Made by a program: the position numbers and the translations under genes
Part shown: positions 19,950-29,283 of the stretch, one piece after another
How positions within the stretch are numbered: the first letter of the stretch is position 1
Layout: the number at the start of each line of letters is the position of its first letter
Notes under the pieces: generated by a model
Told to the model about the DNA's origin: nothing
Databases searched by the model: none
The model's input: the letters and a program-made list of their open reading frames with translations, nothing else
Source: an uncultured Gemmatimonadales bacterium
GTDB lineage: Bacteria; Gemmatimonadota; Gemmatimonadetes; Gemmatimonadales; GWC2-71-9
Direction: 5' to 3'
Assembly (NCBI GenBank): GCA_963728915.1
Contig: CAVSLV010000003.1
Span: forward strand, 1-64,000
Length of the DNA: 64,000 nt

Positions 19950-20627
19950 ATGGACTTTCCCACCTCCGTCAAGCTCGCCATCTACCGCCTGTTCGCCGAC
20001 CACGGTTCCCCACCACCGCTGGCCGCGGTCGCTGAGCTCCTCGGTGCGTCCCTGGAAGACGTTCGGACAGCCTACGAAACCCTCGGGCGCAATCGACTCC
20101 TGGTGCTGGAGGCCGATCGCGCCACGATCCGGATGGCCCCGCCCTTCTCCGGCGTCCCCACTCGGCACCGGGTGACCGTGGGCGAGGTATCCTACTTTGC
20201 CAATTGTGCCTGGGACGCGTTCGGGATCCCGGCCGCTCTCCACAAGCCCGGGCTGATCCAGTCCGAGTGCGCCGAGAGCCTGACTCCATTCCATCTGGAG
20301 ATCGGCCTGGAAGGCCCCCCTCGGTCGCCGTGGCTCTTTCATTGCCTGGTCCCCGCCGCTCGCTGGTGGGCGGACATCACTTTCACCTGAAGCACCATGC
20401 TCTTCTTCCGGTCGGAAGAGTTGATCCACTCCTGGTGCCAGAAGCGGGGAGTCGAACCCCGCCCCACCGTCACCATGGACCAGCTTTGGCAGCTGGCCGT
20501 GACGTGGTATGGCACCCGGCTCGAGCCCGCCGCGCGCCGGCCCGGTCCGAACGAGATGCGCGCCATCTTTGAGGCGATCGGGCTGCGGGGCGACTTCTGG
20601 GATCCGACGGCCGATGCGTTCGGTTGA
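19950..20627 (+). CDS. Organomercurial lyase MerB-like protein with in-frame UGA at 20388-20390 (probable selenocysteine)
   Basis: MAPPFSGVPT, ANCAWDA, then WWADITFT-UGA-STMLFFRSEE continuing in frame. Confidence 0.8.
20403..20420 (+). promoter_or_regulatory. Putative bacterial SECIS hairpin
   Basis: TTCTTCC-GGTC-GGAAGAG stem-loop; the loop starts with G, 19 nt after the UGA. Confidence 0.65.
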
Positions 20628-20998
20628 CGCTGTGGCCTAACCCGCACTTCAAGGCCCCCGAGGCCTTCGAGTTCCCGAGGACCCTCCCCCCGGGAAGCAC
20701 CGCTTTCCGGCTGGTGAATCAAGGGAAAGTGCTCCATGAGGTTCAACTCTACCGCTTCCGTCCCGGCATCTCCCGGGACTCCGCGCTCCGGATGCTGGCG
20801 ACCGACCAGATCCCCGAGGAAGCGATCGATGTCGATGGCGGCGTGCTGATCGCCGGGCCAGCGGATTCCAGCGCCCAGGAGCTCCTGGCGCCTCTTCGCC
20901 GTGGGGACATCTACGCTTTGGAGTGCGCCTTCCGCGACGCCCCGGACAAGCCAGAGCATCGCGACTTGGGGATGGTAGCGGTGTTCGAGGTCCGCTGA
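20624..20998 (+). pseudogene. Probable 5'-truncated gene fragment (cupredoxin-like fold, uncertain) fused to an attC R'' remnant
   Basis: GCCTAACCCGCACTT at 20635; N.G...HE and C...H...GM pattern. Confidence 0.45.
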
Positions 20999-21021
20999 GG
21001 GACCGGGGGGTCGGCGGCAGA

Positions 21022-22458
21022 TCACCGCGACCCCACCCCGACTTCCACCGGCGCCGGTGGCCCGAGCGGACCCGCCACCGTGAAGCCGAAGAGCTTGGGA
21101 TTTTCCCCGATCGCCGCCGCGGCGATAATACGGAGCACATAGTCCTGGGTCTCCGCCGGAACCTCGGCACGGTGCCGGTCGAGCAGCCTCCAGTAGTTCC
21201 GCTCGACCGGCGACTCGGGCAGCGAGCGCAGCAGCTTCCGGAGCCGGGTGTCTCCCATGTTGTACGATGCGAGCACCAGGAGGCCCGACGCCTGGGCATC
21301 GGTCGAGTAGAGATCCTCCAGGTACCGCGCCGCGGCGGCGGTCGAACGGGCGGGGTCGTGCCGCTCGTCCTGAGGATCGAACGCGCGGTCCCCCCGGAGC
21401 GGTCCGAGCCGGAGCCCATAGGCCTCGGCGGTCGACGGGATCAGCTGCCAGAGCCCCTTCGGCACCCCGGAGTTGCCGGACGGGCCGATGGCCTTCGGAT
21501 CGAACTTGCTCTCCTGGAGCGCGATATAGAAGAATTCGCGCGGGAGATGGTGCTGGCGCAGGATGTCGGTGACCAAGGGCCCGAGCCCGCCGGCCTCGGC
21601 CCGGGCGAACGCGGTTTCGATGTCCGCATGTCGCCACTGCCTGACGGTCGACCGGATCTTGTCGATGAAGCCACTCGGCACGGTGGCCTCCGACTCGCCG
21701 AGACGGTGGATGGTCCGGTAGATGACGCGCACGTCGGCCGGAGTCCGATCGCTGTAGATGCCGAGCGTCTTGATCAGGTCGTTGTATTGAGCCTCGAGCC
21801 TGGCGCGGCGCTCCGCGGTGGTCAGGTCGGGACCAGCGGCCGCCTCGAGACGCCGGATGTCGAGCTCGAGCGACTTCATCGTGGTGAAAATGGAGCCGGC
21901 CGTCGCCCGGAGCGCGCGAACCCGGCGCCCCTGCCAGATCGCGACGGCTCCCGCGACCCCTGCCAGCAGGACCGCGAGGGCCAGCGCGGCGCGAAGCGAG
22001 CGAATCCGCTGTCGCCACGAGCGCGTCGTATCGTCGCGATGGGCACGAAAGGCAGCCCGGATCATCGCGGTTCGACTCGACATGTTCTCGGGATCCTTGT
22101 CCGAGAAGTAGCGCCCGGCGATGTCGGTTGCGAACGCGAGTGGGGTCCACCCCTTCGAGGAGTAGCGCGGGATCGTGAGATACAGCTCGGGTCCATCCCG
22201 TCCCAGACGGGCCGTGAGCGCCCCCCGCACCGGGACCTGAGTGACCCGCTTGCCATCGACGAGCGTGCCATGCTGGCTACCGAGATCAACGAGCTCCCAG
22301 GTCTTTCCTGCCCGGCGAAGCTCGAGGTGCTCGGCGCTCACCAACTCGTGGTCCACGACGACCGCATTGCCGGCAGCGCGGCCCACCCGTATCGTCTGGG
22401 TGAAGCAGTGCAGCTCGGTACTGAGGCTCGAAGTGACCTGGATCTCGTTGGATGACAT
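21022..22458 (-). CDS. FHA domain plus lytic transglycosylase (SLT/MltD-like) protein
   Basis: VGRA..N...VSAEH...DLGSQHGT (FHA); TM segment; QES, GLWQL, SYNMG, ETQDYV (SLT). Confidence 0.85.
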   Translation of the reverse strand: MSSNEIQVTSSLSTELHCFTQTIRVGRAAGNAVVVDHELVSAEHLELRRAGKTWELVDLGSQHGTLVDGKRVTQVPVRGALTARLGRDGPELYLTIPRYSSKGWTPLAFATDIAGRYFSDKDPENMSSRTAMIRAAFRAHRDDTTRSWRQRIRSLRAALALAVLLAGVAGAVAIWQGRRVRALRATAGSIFTTMKSLELDIRRLEAAAGPDLTTAERRARLEAQYNDLIKTLGIYSDRTPADVRVIYRTIHRLGESEATVPSGFIDKIRSTVRQWRHADIETAFARAEAGGLGPLVTDILRQHHLPREFFYIALQESKFDPKAIGPSGNSGVPKGLWQLIPSTAEAYGLRLGPLRGDRAFDPQDERHDPARSTAAAARYLEDLYSTDAQASGLLVLASYNMGDTRLRKLLRSLPESPVERNYWRLLDRHRAEVPAETQDYVLRIIAAAAIGENPKLFGFTVAGPLGPPAPVEVGVGSR

Positions 22459-22651
22459 GCCGATGCGCGGGAAGGGACGACTCGAATTGTACCCGTCGCG
22501 CCGGGGTTGATCAAGCAAGATCTGCCCCGGGCGCCAACCTGCGATTCGGCGTTCCACCTGTCAGGCTGAACGCGGGTCACTGGTGTTCCCGGTCGGCAGC
22601 CTTACTTTCGGCATCATCGGTCAAGGACGCTCGACGCAGCGGACGACCCTC

Positions 22652-23110
22652 ATGAGACAGTCCTCTATCCTCGCCAACCTTCGATCCACCTGGACTCTGG
22701 CGGTCCTCGGGTGTGGGCTGGTCAGCTCCTCGAGCCTGTCGGTGTCGGTCGAAGTGCTTTCGGAAGGTCCAACCCCTCCTGCTTTCACGCCCTCAACGGC
22801 TCAGGCGCCGACCCAGCTGGTGGTCATAGAAGCCCAGCAAGGGTTCGATGATCCAGGTTTTCGCATCCACGCCACTGCACGAGTCGGAGCGACCACCAGG
22901 TCGGATCTGCCTGACACCCTCAGAGTCGAGGTCGAGACCGAGCGGCTCGCCGGGGACTTCGTGCCGATCTCCTGGGCACGATCGTATCGCTTTCAGGTAC
23001 AGGCCGTCCCGTCAGGCACCTACCGGGTGCAGCTCCATTGGCAGAACAACTATCTGGCGCTCGAGGCACGATCCAGGATCCTGGTCGACACCGTGCTTGT
23101 CGTGCCCTAG
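22652..23110 (+). CDS. Hypothetical exported protein
   Basis: Signal/lipobox-like N-terminus. Confidence 0.5.
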   Translation: MRQSSILANLRSTWTLAVLGCGLVSSSSLSVSVEVLSEGPTPPAFTPSTAQAPTQLVVIEAQQGFDDPGFRIHATARVGATTRSDLPDTLRVEVETERLAGDFVPISWARSYRFQVQAVPSGTYRVQLHWQNNYLALEARSRILVDTVLVVP

Positions 23111-23181
23111 AATTGGCCCTGAAAGGCGACGCGCAATGCGCGCCAACGAGTTCATCCAGTACTGCCGTCAAGGAGCGGGCG

Positions 23182-23694
23182 TTGCTTTCCTCATCCTACC
23201 TCGTCCGCGAAGTGCGGGTGACGGCGCGACCGGTCGCCGGCGTGCGAGCGCAGGTCCCTCGCGGCCGGGTCGCGGAAGAGTTCAGACGCCATCTGGACCG
23301 GGTCAATGCGGCGGCCCGCGAGGGGGCCCTTCACCTCGACGGGCAAAATATTTTCATCTATCGCGCGGCTACCCCCACCGAGCTGACGGTCGATTTCTGC
23401 GTCGGCGTGACGGCGCCGTTCGAGCCCATTGGTCCGATACAGCCGCTCCAGACCCCGGAGGGCCTCGCCGCAATGACGACCCACGTCGGAGACTACCATC
23501 GACTGGGCGAAGCCAATGCCGCGATCCTCGACTGGTGCAGCACGCATGCCCGACTCCGTGCCGGGCCGTCGTGGGAGGTGTACGGGCATTGGCACGCCGA
23601 CCCTGCCGAGTTGCGCACCGAGGTCTACTATCTCTTGCAGCCCGCCGGCATGGGCTCGGAGCCGCGTGACTCGAACCCGGGAGCGTCCCCATGA
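23182..23694 (+). CDS. GyrI-like small-molecule binding protein
   Basis: HVGDYHRL...GPSWEVY...RTEVYY. Confidence 0.8.
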   Translation: MLSSSYLVREVRVTARPVAGVRAQVPRGRVAEEFRRHLDRVNAAAREGALHLDGQNIFIYRAATPTELTVDFCVGVTAPFEPIGPIQPLQTPEGLAAMTTHVGDYHRLGEANAAILDWCSTHARLRAGPSWEVYGHWHADPAELRTEVYYLLQPAGMGSEPRDSNPGASP

Positions 23695-24140
23695 TGGTTG
23701 AAGTCCAGGTCATCATCAACGGATCCCGGGCGGCCGTCTGGGCCGCGGTCACCGATATCGAGAACGCCGCGGAGACCCTCAGCGGTGTCGAGAAGATCGA
23801 GATTCTCGAAACGCCGGCCCGCGGACTCGTGGGATTGAAGTGGCGGGAGACCCGAATGCTGTTCGGCAAGCCGGCCACCGCCGACAAATGGATCACCGAT
23901 GCTGCTGAGAACGAGTTTTACAAGACCAGAGCGGAGAGTGATGGGTTTGTCTTCGTCTCCACCATGAGTATCAGAGAGAGCGGTGGCGGCATTACCCTGA
24001 CGAGTGCCCATGATTCCGTGCCTCAAACGATCGTCGCCAGACTCCAGTCGATTCCCATGGGACTTCTGTTCAAGGGCGTGGCCAGAAAGGCGCTCCTGCA
24101 AGACCTCAACGATATCAAGGCCGCGGTTGAACGGGGATGA
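23691..24140 (+). CDS. SRPBCC family protein
   Basis: VWAAVTD...WRETRMLFGK...DLNDIK. Confidence 0.8.
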   Translation: MMVEVQVIINGSRAAVWAAVTDIENAAETLSGVEKIEILETPARGLVGLKWRETRMLFGKPATADKWITDAAENEFYKTRAESDGFVFVSTMSIRESGGGITLTSAHDSVPQTIVARLQSIPMGLLFKGVARKALLQDLNDIKAAVERG

Positions 24141-24182
24141 CCTATACACTCACGCGCACCACCCTTCGGACTCGGAGGTTGC

Positions 24183-24569
24183 ATGAAGAGGGTCACTGGC
24201 ATTGGCGGTATTTTCTTCAAGGCCAAAGACGCGCCGGCACTGCGGGCCTGGTACCAGCGGCATCTCGGCATCGACGTTCAGGAGTGGGGAGGCACGGCGT
24301 TCTCCTGGACCGACGGTGAAGGCAAGCCGGTGGCCGGAACCACCGCCTGGTCCATTGCTCCGGCGCAAGGCGACCAGTTCGCGCCCAGCACGGCGACTTT
24401 CATGGTCAACTACCGGGTGGAGGATCTCCACGCCCTGGTCAAGGCGCTCCGTGAGGAAGGCTGCAACGTGCTCGAGAAGGTCGACGATTCCGAATACGGG
24501 ACATTCGCCTGGGTCATCGACCCGGAGGGAAACAAGATCGAGCTCTGGCAACCCCCTGCCGGCCAGTGA
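24183..24569 (+). CDS. VOC/glyoxalase family protein
   Basis: RVTGIGGIFFK...DPEGNKIELWQP. Confidence 0.9.
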   Translation: MKRVTGIGGIFFKAKDAPALRAWYQRHLGIDVQEWGGTAFSWTDGEGKPVAGTTAWSIAPAQGDQFAPSTATFMVNYRVEDLHALVKALREEGCNVLEKVDDSEYGTFAWVIDPEGNKIELWQPPAGQ

Positions 24570-24600
24570 AAGCGCGACCTAGCCCGCGCCGAGGGCTCAC

Positions 24601-24762
24601 ATGACCAAGTGGATCGGCTGGATTGGAGCGACCATCGGCGGCCTCCTGGGCGGTTGGCTCGGGGCTCGGGGCGGGGTCTTCCTCGGCTTCATCCTCGGAG
24701 TGATCGGGACCGCCGTGGGCGTCTATGTGGGCCGGCGAATCGGGGCCGCCATCGAGGGATGA
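24601..24762 (+). CDS. Small glycine-rich membrane protein (53 aa, not in ORF track)
   Basis: MTKWIGWIGATIGGLLGGWLG...; stop overlaps the next ATG. Confidence 0.65.
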   Translation: MTKWIGWIGATIGGLLGGWLGARGGVFLGFILGVIGTAVGVYVGRRIGAAIEG

Positions 24763-25162
24763 CTCAGAGCAACGGAAACCTCGCTTCCATCAGCCCGTGC
24801 TTCATCGTGAAGGACCTGCAGGCCTCGCTCGCCCACTACATCAAGCGCTTCGGGTTCACGCTGGACTTCCAGGGCCCGCCCGGCGACTTCTATTACGGCA
24901 GGTGAGTCGGGATGGGATCAGCATCCTTCTCAAGACGATCGTTCCCGAAGTGCTTCCCTGTCCGAATCACACCCGACATCCGTGGGCTCGCTGGGATGCC
25001 TACATCCATACGCCGGATCCCGACCCGTTGCATCAGGAGTTCACACAGCGAGGTGCATCGTTCGTGAAGGAGCTGTCATTCATCGACGACGGTCTCTGGG
25101 GATTTGAAGTGGTGGATGCCGACGGATATGTGCTCGCCTTCTTTCGGACCCGCAACGAATAG
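24759..25162 (+). pseudogene. VOC family protein with a frameshift near 24899
   Basis: ISPCFIVKDL..FGF in one frame; GLWGFEVVDADGYVLAF in another. Confidence 0.8.
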
Positions 25163-25234
25163 CGCAACCGGTTAGATTTCACCTCTTCCATGCATCAGTC
25201 TCCTGCGTGGTCGATTCTCTCACCGGGAGCCTTG

Positions 25235-25603
25235 ATGACCACCAGGAAGCCGAAGGACTCCGACCCGAAACTCAATCTCGTGCCGACTCTGACGGACCGG
25301 GTCAAGGCGCGGGTTGCGGAAGCCGAACGCCTTTTCGCCAAACGCAAGCCTCTTCGACCCACCGTTCTGCAGGACACTACCGCTTCGCTCGCCGACTCGT
25401 CGCGGGCACAGGCCGAGGCCCAATCGCTGCGCAGGGTCTACCTCGAAATGCGGACGCTCTATCGAGGCTATCGCCGAGACACCGGGCGACCGGCAGTGCC
25501 CGAGCTACGGTCGGCGGTACTAGCCTTCAGGCGAGGCCGAAGCCTCACGTCGCTCGTCCACGTCGCCTCGTTCCTGGACGACCGCCGACTGCTTGCCTGG
25601 TAG
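25235..25603 (+). CDS. Hypothetical basic protein
   Basis: ORF with RBS, co-oriented with neighbours. Confidence 0.55.
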   Translation: MTTRKPKDSDPKLNLVPTLTDRVKARVAEAERLFAKRKPLRPTVLQDTTASLADSSRAQAEAQSLRRVYLEMRTLYRGYRRDTGRPAVPELRSAVLAFRRGRSLTSLVHVASFLDDRRLLAW

Positions 25604-25654
25604 GTCTCCGCGGTCCGGCCAGGTCGCGCCGGCTCGGCGCTCCCCTTAGGACGA

Positions 25655-28126
25655 GTGCTTGAGGTGCAGAGTCGTCTGCTGGCGGTCGTGCGACAGGATA
25701 TCGCGTCGGCGCTCCGGGGCTTCAGCCGCTCTCGTCGTCTCACCGCGGCCATCGTCGTGATTCTCGGCCTCGGCGTCGGCGCGAATGCGGCCGTCTTCAC
25801 CGTACTCGATCCCATCTTCTTCCAGGCGCCTCGCGGGGTCGTCGATCCCGGAACCATCCGCCGACTGTACGCCAATAACATCAGCCCCCGGCTCCCGGGC
25901 GGCAACGAAGTCCGCGCCGTGCTCGACCTGCGCGATTTGAGAGACTTCACGCTCGCCACGCGCGGCATGGCCCGGATCGAAGGAGATTATCTCGACCGGA
26001 TGGAGAAGCTCAAGCCCGGGAACGAGCCTCTCCTTCTCACCTTTGTCTCGTCGGGATACTTCAGCTTCCTCGGGGTGCGTCCCGCCCGGGGGCGTTTCTT
26101 CACGCCCGACGAGAACCGCATCGGCTCGCCGGCGCCGGTCGCGGTCATCAGCGACGCGTTCTGGCGCAGTCATTTCGTGGCCGACCCAGCGGTCCTCGGC
26201 AAGACGATCCGCGCCGACGAAATCACCTACACGATCGTCGGGATTGCGCCTCGGTCGTTCGCCGGTTTGGAGCTCGAAGCGGTGGATCTGTGGGTGCCCC
26301 TTTCCAATCTTGGAGGGTGGGAGACGCCCCGGTTGCTGCGTCTGCTGGCGCGGCTCGAGCCCGGCGCCACCGAAGCCGCCCTCACCCAGGCACTCACCAG
26401 TCAATACCGACAGACCCACCTCGGCGACCCCGTGATCGGCGACAGCTCGCGGATCCTCACGGCCTCGATTCTCGCGTCGCGGGGACCGACGCTCTCCGCG
26501 GGGGTGCGCCTGGTTCCACGCATGTCCGACCGCAGCCTCGCGCTCCTCACCCGGCTGGCGGGCCTTGGCTTGATGGTCCTGTTGATCGCGATCGCGAACG
26601 TCGCCAGCCTCCTGCTCATGCGCGCGCTGCGCCGGCGACGCGAAATCGCCATTCGGGTGGCGCTGGGCGCTTCTCGCGGGCGGCTCGTGTCCCAGATGGT
26701 GATGGAGAGCACCATCCTTGCGCTGGTGGCGGGCGCGGCGGCCCTCCTTGTCGCCCAATGGACCGGCAGCCTGCTTCGGGCCGAGCTGTCCTTCGGCCTG
26801 CGATGGACCGACACCGTGGTCGACCGGCGGGTGATCGGGTTCGCCGCGGTTCTGGCCGTCGCCGCCGGCGTTGCCGCGGGGCTCGCGCCGGCGTTCTTCG
26901 CCCTTCGGGCTGATATCCACTCGTCGCTCAAAGGCTCATCAGGCGGAGCGACCACCACCGCCTCAGGCCTCCGAGTGGGACTGCTGGTGACTCAGGCCGC
27001 GTTGTGCACCGCGCTCCTCGCGTCCGGGGGCGCGTTCCTGCAAAGCCTCCGACGCGCCGGCGACGTCGATCGTGGCTTCGATTCCGAGCGGTTGATCCAG
27101 GTGGCCGTGCCCGGGTTCTATGTGCCCTCCGACCAGCTGCTGCTCGAGATGACGGCCCGTCTGCGCAGCCTGCCCGGGATCGCGGCGGTGGGCCGATCCC
27201 ACACCGGGTTAGGCCAGCTGAGCATGGCGACCAAGGTGGGTCCGGACGCCCGTGACACGATCGGCGTGGGTCCGCGCGGTCCGTCCCTGGAGTTCGTCGA
27301 ACCGGAGTACCTGCAGGCCGCCGGCCTGCGCGTCGTCTCGGGTCGCGCCCTGGCGCCAACGGATCATGGCACCCCGGTGGCCGTTCTCAACGAAGCGCTG
27401 GCCGGCCTCCTGTTCCCGAAAGGCAAGGCGGTCGGATCGTGCGTCCACGTGCGGGAGCCCGCGAGCCCGTGCCGAGCGGTGGTCGGGGTGGTGGGTGACG
27501 TCCGGTGGGACCTCACCGCACGCCCGGCGTATCGGGTCTACGTGCCGCTTGCCCAGGCCTGGGTCGCTCCAAACCACGGGTTGATCCCCTATTACCTCAT
27601 GGTCCGAACCCGCGCGAAAGCCACTCCTTCGGACATTGCGCTTCTTCGCAATGCGATCCTGCCCATGCTCCCATTCGGTGCGGAGCCGGGTATCCGGCGG
27701 GTGGTGGACCTTCTCGCGCCCCAGCTTCGCCCCTGGCAAATCGCCGCCGCGCTCTTTCTGGTGCTCGGTTTTCTGGGACTTGGCGCCGCCGCGACGGGGA
27801 TCTACGGTCTGGTCGCTTTCGATGTGACCCAGCGCTCCCGTGAGCTGGGCGTCCGCATCGCGCTCGGCGCCACGAGCACGAGCATTGTCGGTCTGGTGGT
27901 CGGCTCAGGACTACGCGTGGTTCTCACCGGCATCGCGGCCGGCGTGGTGGCGTCCCTGGTGGCCGGCCGCCTGGTTGCTTCGCTCCTGTTCGCCACCTCG
28001 GCCTATGACCCGTTGGTCCTGCTTGCGACGATCCTCACCCTGATCGGAGCGGCCACCATGGCCAGCCTCCTCCCGGCGTGGCGTGCGACGCGGGTGGATC
28101 CGGTCGTGGTGCTTTCATCGGAGTAA
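25655..28126 (+). CDS. ABC transporter permease, duplicated MacB/FtsX (ADOP-type)
   Basis: LGLGVGANAAVF; two RxxExxIRxALGA motifs; PAWRATRVDP. Confidence 0.92.
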   Translation: MLEVQSRLLAVVRQDIASALRGFSRSRRLTAAIVVILGLGVGANAAVFTVLDPIFFQAPRGVVDPGTIRRLYANNISPRLPGGNEVRAVLDLRDLRDFTLATRGMARIEGDYLDRMEKLKPGNEPLLLTFVSSGYFSFLGVRPARGRFFTPDENRIGSPAPVAVISDAFWRSHFVADPAVLGKTIRADEITYTIVGIAPRSFAGLELEAVDLWVPLSNLGGWETPRLLRLLARLEPGATEAALTQALTSQYRQTHLGDPVIGDSSRILTASILASRGPTLSAGVRLVPRMSDRSLALLTRLAGLGLMVLLIAIANVASLLLMRALRRRREIAIRVALGASRGRLVSQMVMESTILALVAGAAALLVAQWTGSLLRAELSFGLRWTDTVVDRRVIGFAAVLAVAAGVAAGLAPAFFALRADIHSSLKGSSGGATTTASGLRVGLLVTQAALCTALLASGGAFLQSLRRAGDVDRGFDSERLIQVAVPGFYVPSDQLLLEMTARLRSLPGIAAVGRSHTGLGQLSMATKVGPDARDTIGVGPRGPSLEFVEPEYLQAAGLRVVSGRALAPTDHGTPVAVLNEALAGLLFPKGKAVGSCVHVREPASPCRAVVGVVGDVRWDLTARPAYRVYVPLAQAWVAPNHGLIPYYLMVRTRAKATPSDIALLRNAILPMLPFGAEPGIRRVVDLLAPQLRPWQIAAALFLVLGFLGLGAAATGIYGLVAFDVTQRSRELGVRIALGATSTSIVGLVVGSGLRVVLTGIAAGVVASLVAGRLVASLLFATSAYDPLVLLATILTLIGAATMASLLPAWRATRVDPVVVLSSE

Positions 28127-28213
28127 ATGCCGGGCGAGCTCGTATATTGAATCGGCTCAACAGGGAGACCTGGTCGTGCCGCGAATTCTCATGGAAGTCT
28201 GCGGGGCACATCG

Positions 28214-28783
28214 ATGACAGACGGCAGCTCCCGAGTCACCATCCACATGGTGGCGAGCCTCGACGGATTCATCGCTCGGCGCGATGGCGGCGTCGACTGG
28301 CTGGAGACTTCGGACCATTTCGCCGACGGCGCGTCCATGGATCCGGGTGATGTGGAGTCGTTCCTCAAGGGAATCGACTGCTACGTCATGGGATCGCACA
28401 CCTACGAGACCGCACTACGCTTCGAGGCCCGGGGACTGGGGTGGTCCTATGGCGACACTCCGACCGTCGTCCTCACCCATCGGGAGCTGCCCCGAATCCG
28501 GAGCACGGTCGAGCTCTACGCCGGCGACCTGGCCCACCTCATGAACGGGCAGCTCCGGCCCAGATTCCGGAGCATCTGGGTCGTTGGAGGCGGGGCCGTG
28601 TGCGGCGATTGCCTTCGGCTCGGCCTGGCCGACGAGGTGCGCTATTCGATCCTGCCGATCCTGATCGGCGAGGGGATCCCGTTCTTCGCGACCCTCGACC
28701 GGGACATCGCGCTGCATCTGTCGGACATCAAAGCCTACAAGAACGGCATGGTGGAGCTGGGTTACCGCCCTGTATCAGGGTAA
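28214..28783 (+). CDS. Dihydrofolate reductase-like (RibD C-terminal) protein
   Basis: ASLDGFIA, MGSHTYE, IWVVGGG. Confidence 0.88.
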   Translation: MTDGSSRVTIHMVASLDGFIARRDGGVDWLETSDHFADGASMDPGDVESFLKGIDCYVMGSHTYETALRFEARGLGWSYGDTPTVVLTHRELPRIRSTVELYAGDLAHLMNGQLRPRFRSIWVVGGGAVCGDCLRLGLADEVRYSILPILIGEGIPFFATLDRDIALHLSDIKAYKNGMVELGYRPVSG

Positions 28784-28937
28784 CTCCCTGACGAACATGA
28801 CCAGTCTCCTGTTCGGGGCGCTGCACGTCGGCCTGACCTGCGCCAATCTTGGCCGGATGCAGCCCGCTGATCCGCTCGGTTGACAGGGACTCGTTCCACG
28901 GGTTATATCCCAGCCAGCTATCCATAGGCAGCTAGGT

Positions 28938-29273
28938 ATGCCAGCATCGCGCCATGACGTCCTCCAGGGGACCCTCGCTCTCCTGGTGCTCCGCACCCTT
29001 GCCGCCGCGGGCCCGCTCCACGGCTACGCGATCACCGCTCACATCACCCGGGTTTCGGCCGAGCTGCTTCGGGTCGAAGAAGGGTCGCTCTACCCCGCCC
29101 TGCACCGGATGGAACAGCAGGGCTGGCTCCGGTCGAGCTGGGGGGTCACCGAAAAGAACCGTGAGGCGCGATTCTACCAGATCACCGCCTCGGGCAAACG
29201 CCGGCTCGAGCAGGAGCGGGAGAGCTGGTCGCGGTTGACCGAGGGCGTGACCCGGGTCCTCCGGTTCGCCTGA
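28938..29273 (+). CDS. PadR family regulator
   Basis: QGTL, LHGYAI, EEGSLYPALHR. Confidence 0.93.
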   Translation: MPASRHDVLQGTLALLVLRTLAAAGPLHGYAITAHITRVSAELLRVEEGSLYPALHRMEQQGWLRSSWGVTEKNREARFYQITASGKRRLEQERESWSRLTEGVTRVLRFA

Positions 29274-29283
29274 GGAGGATCCC

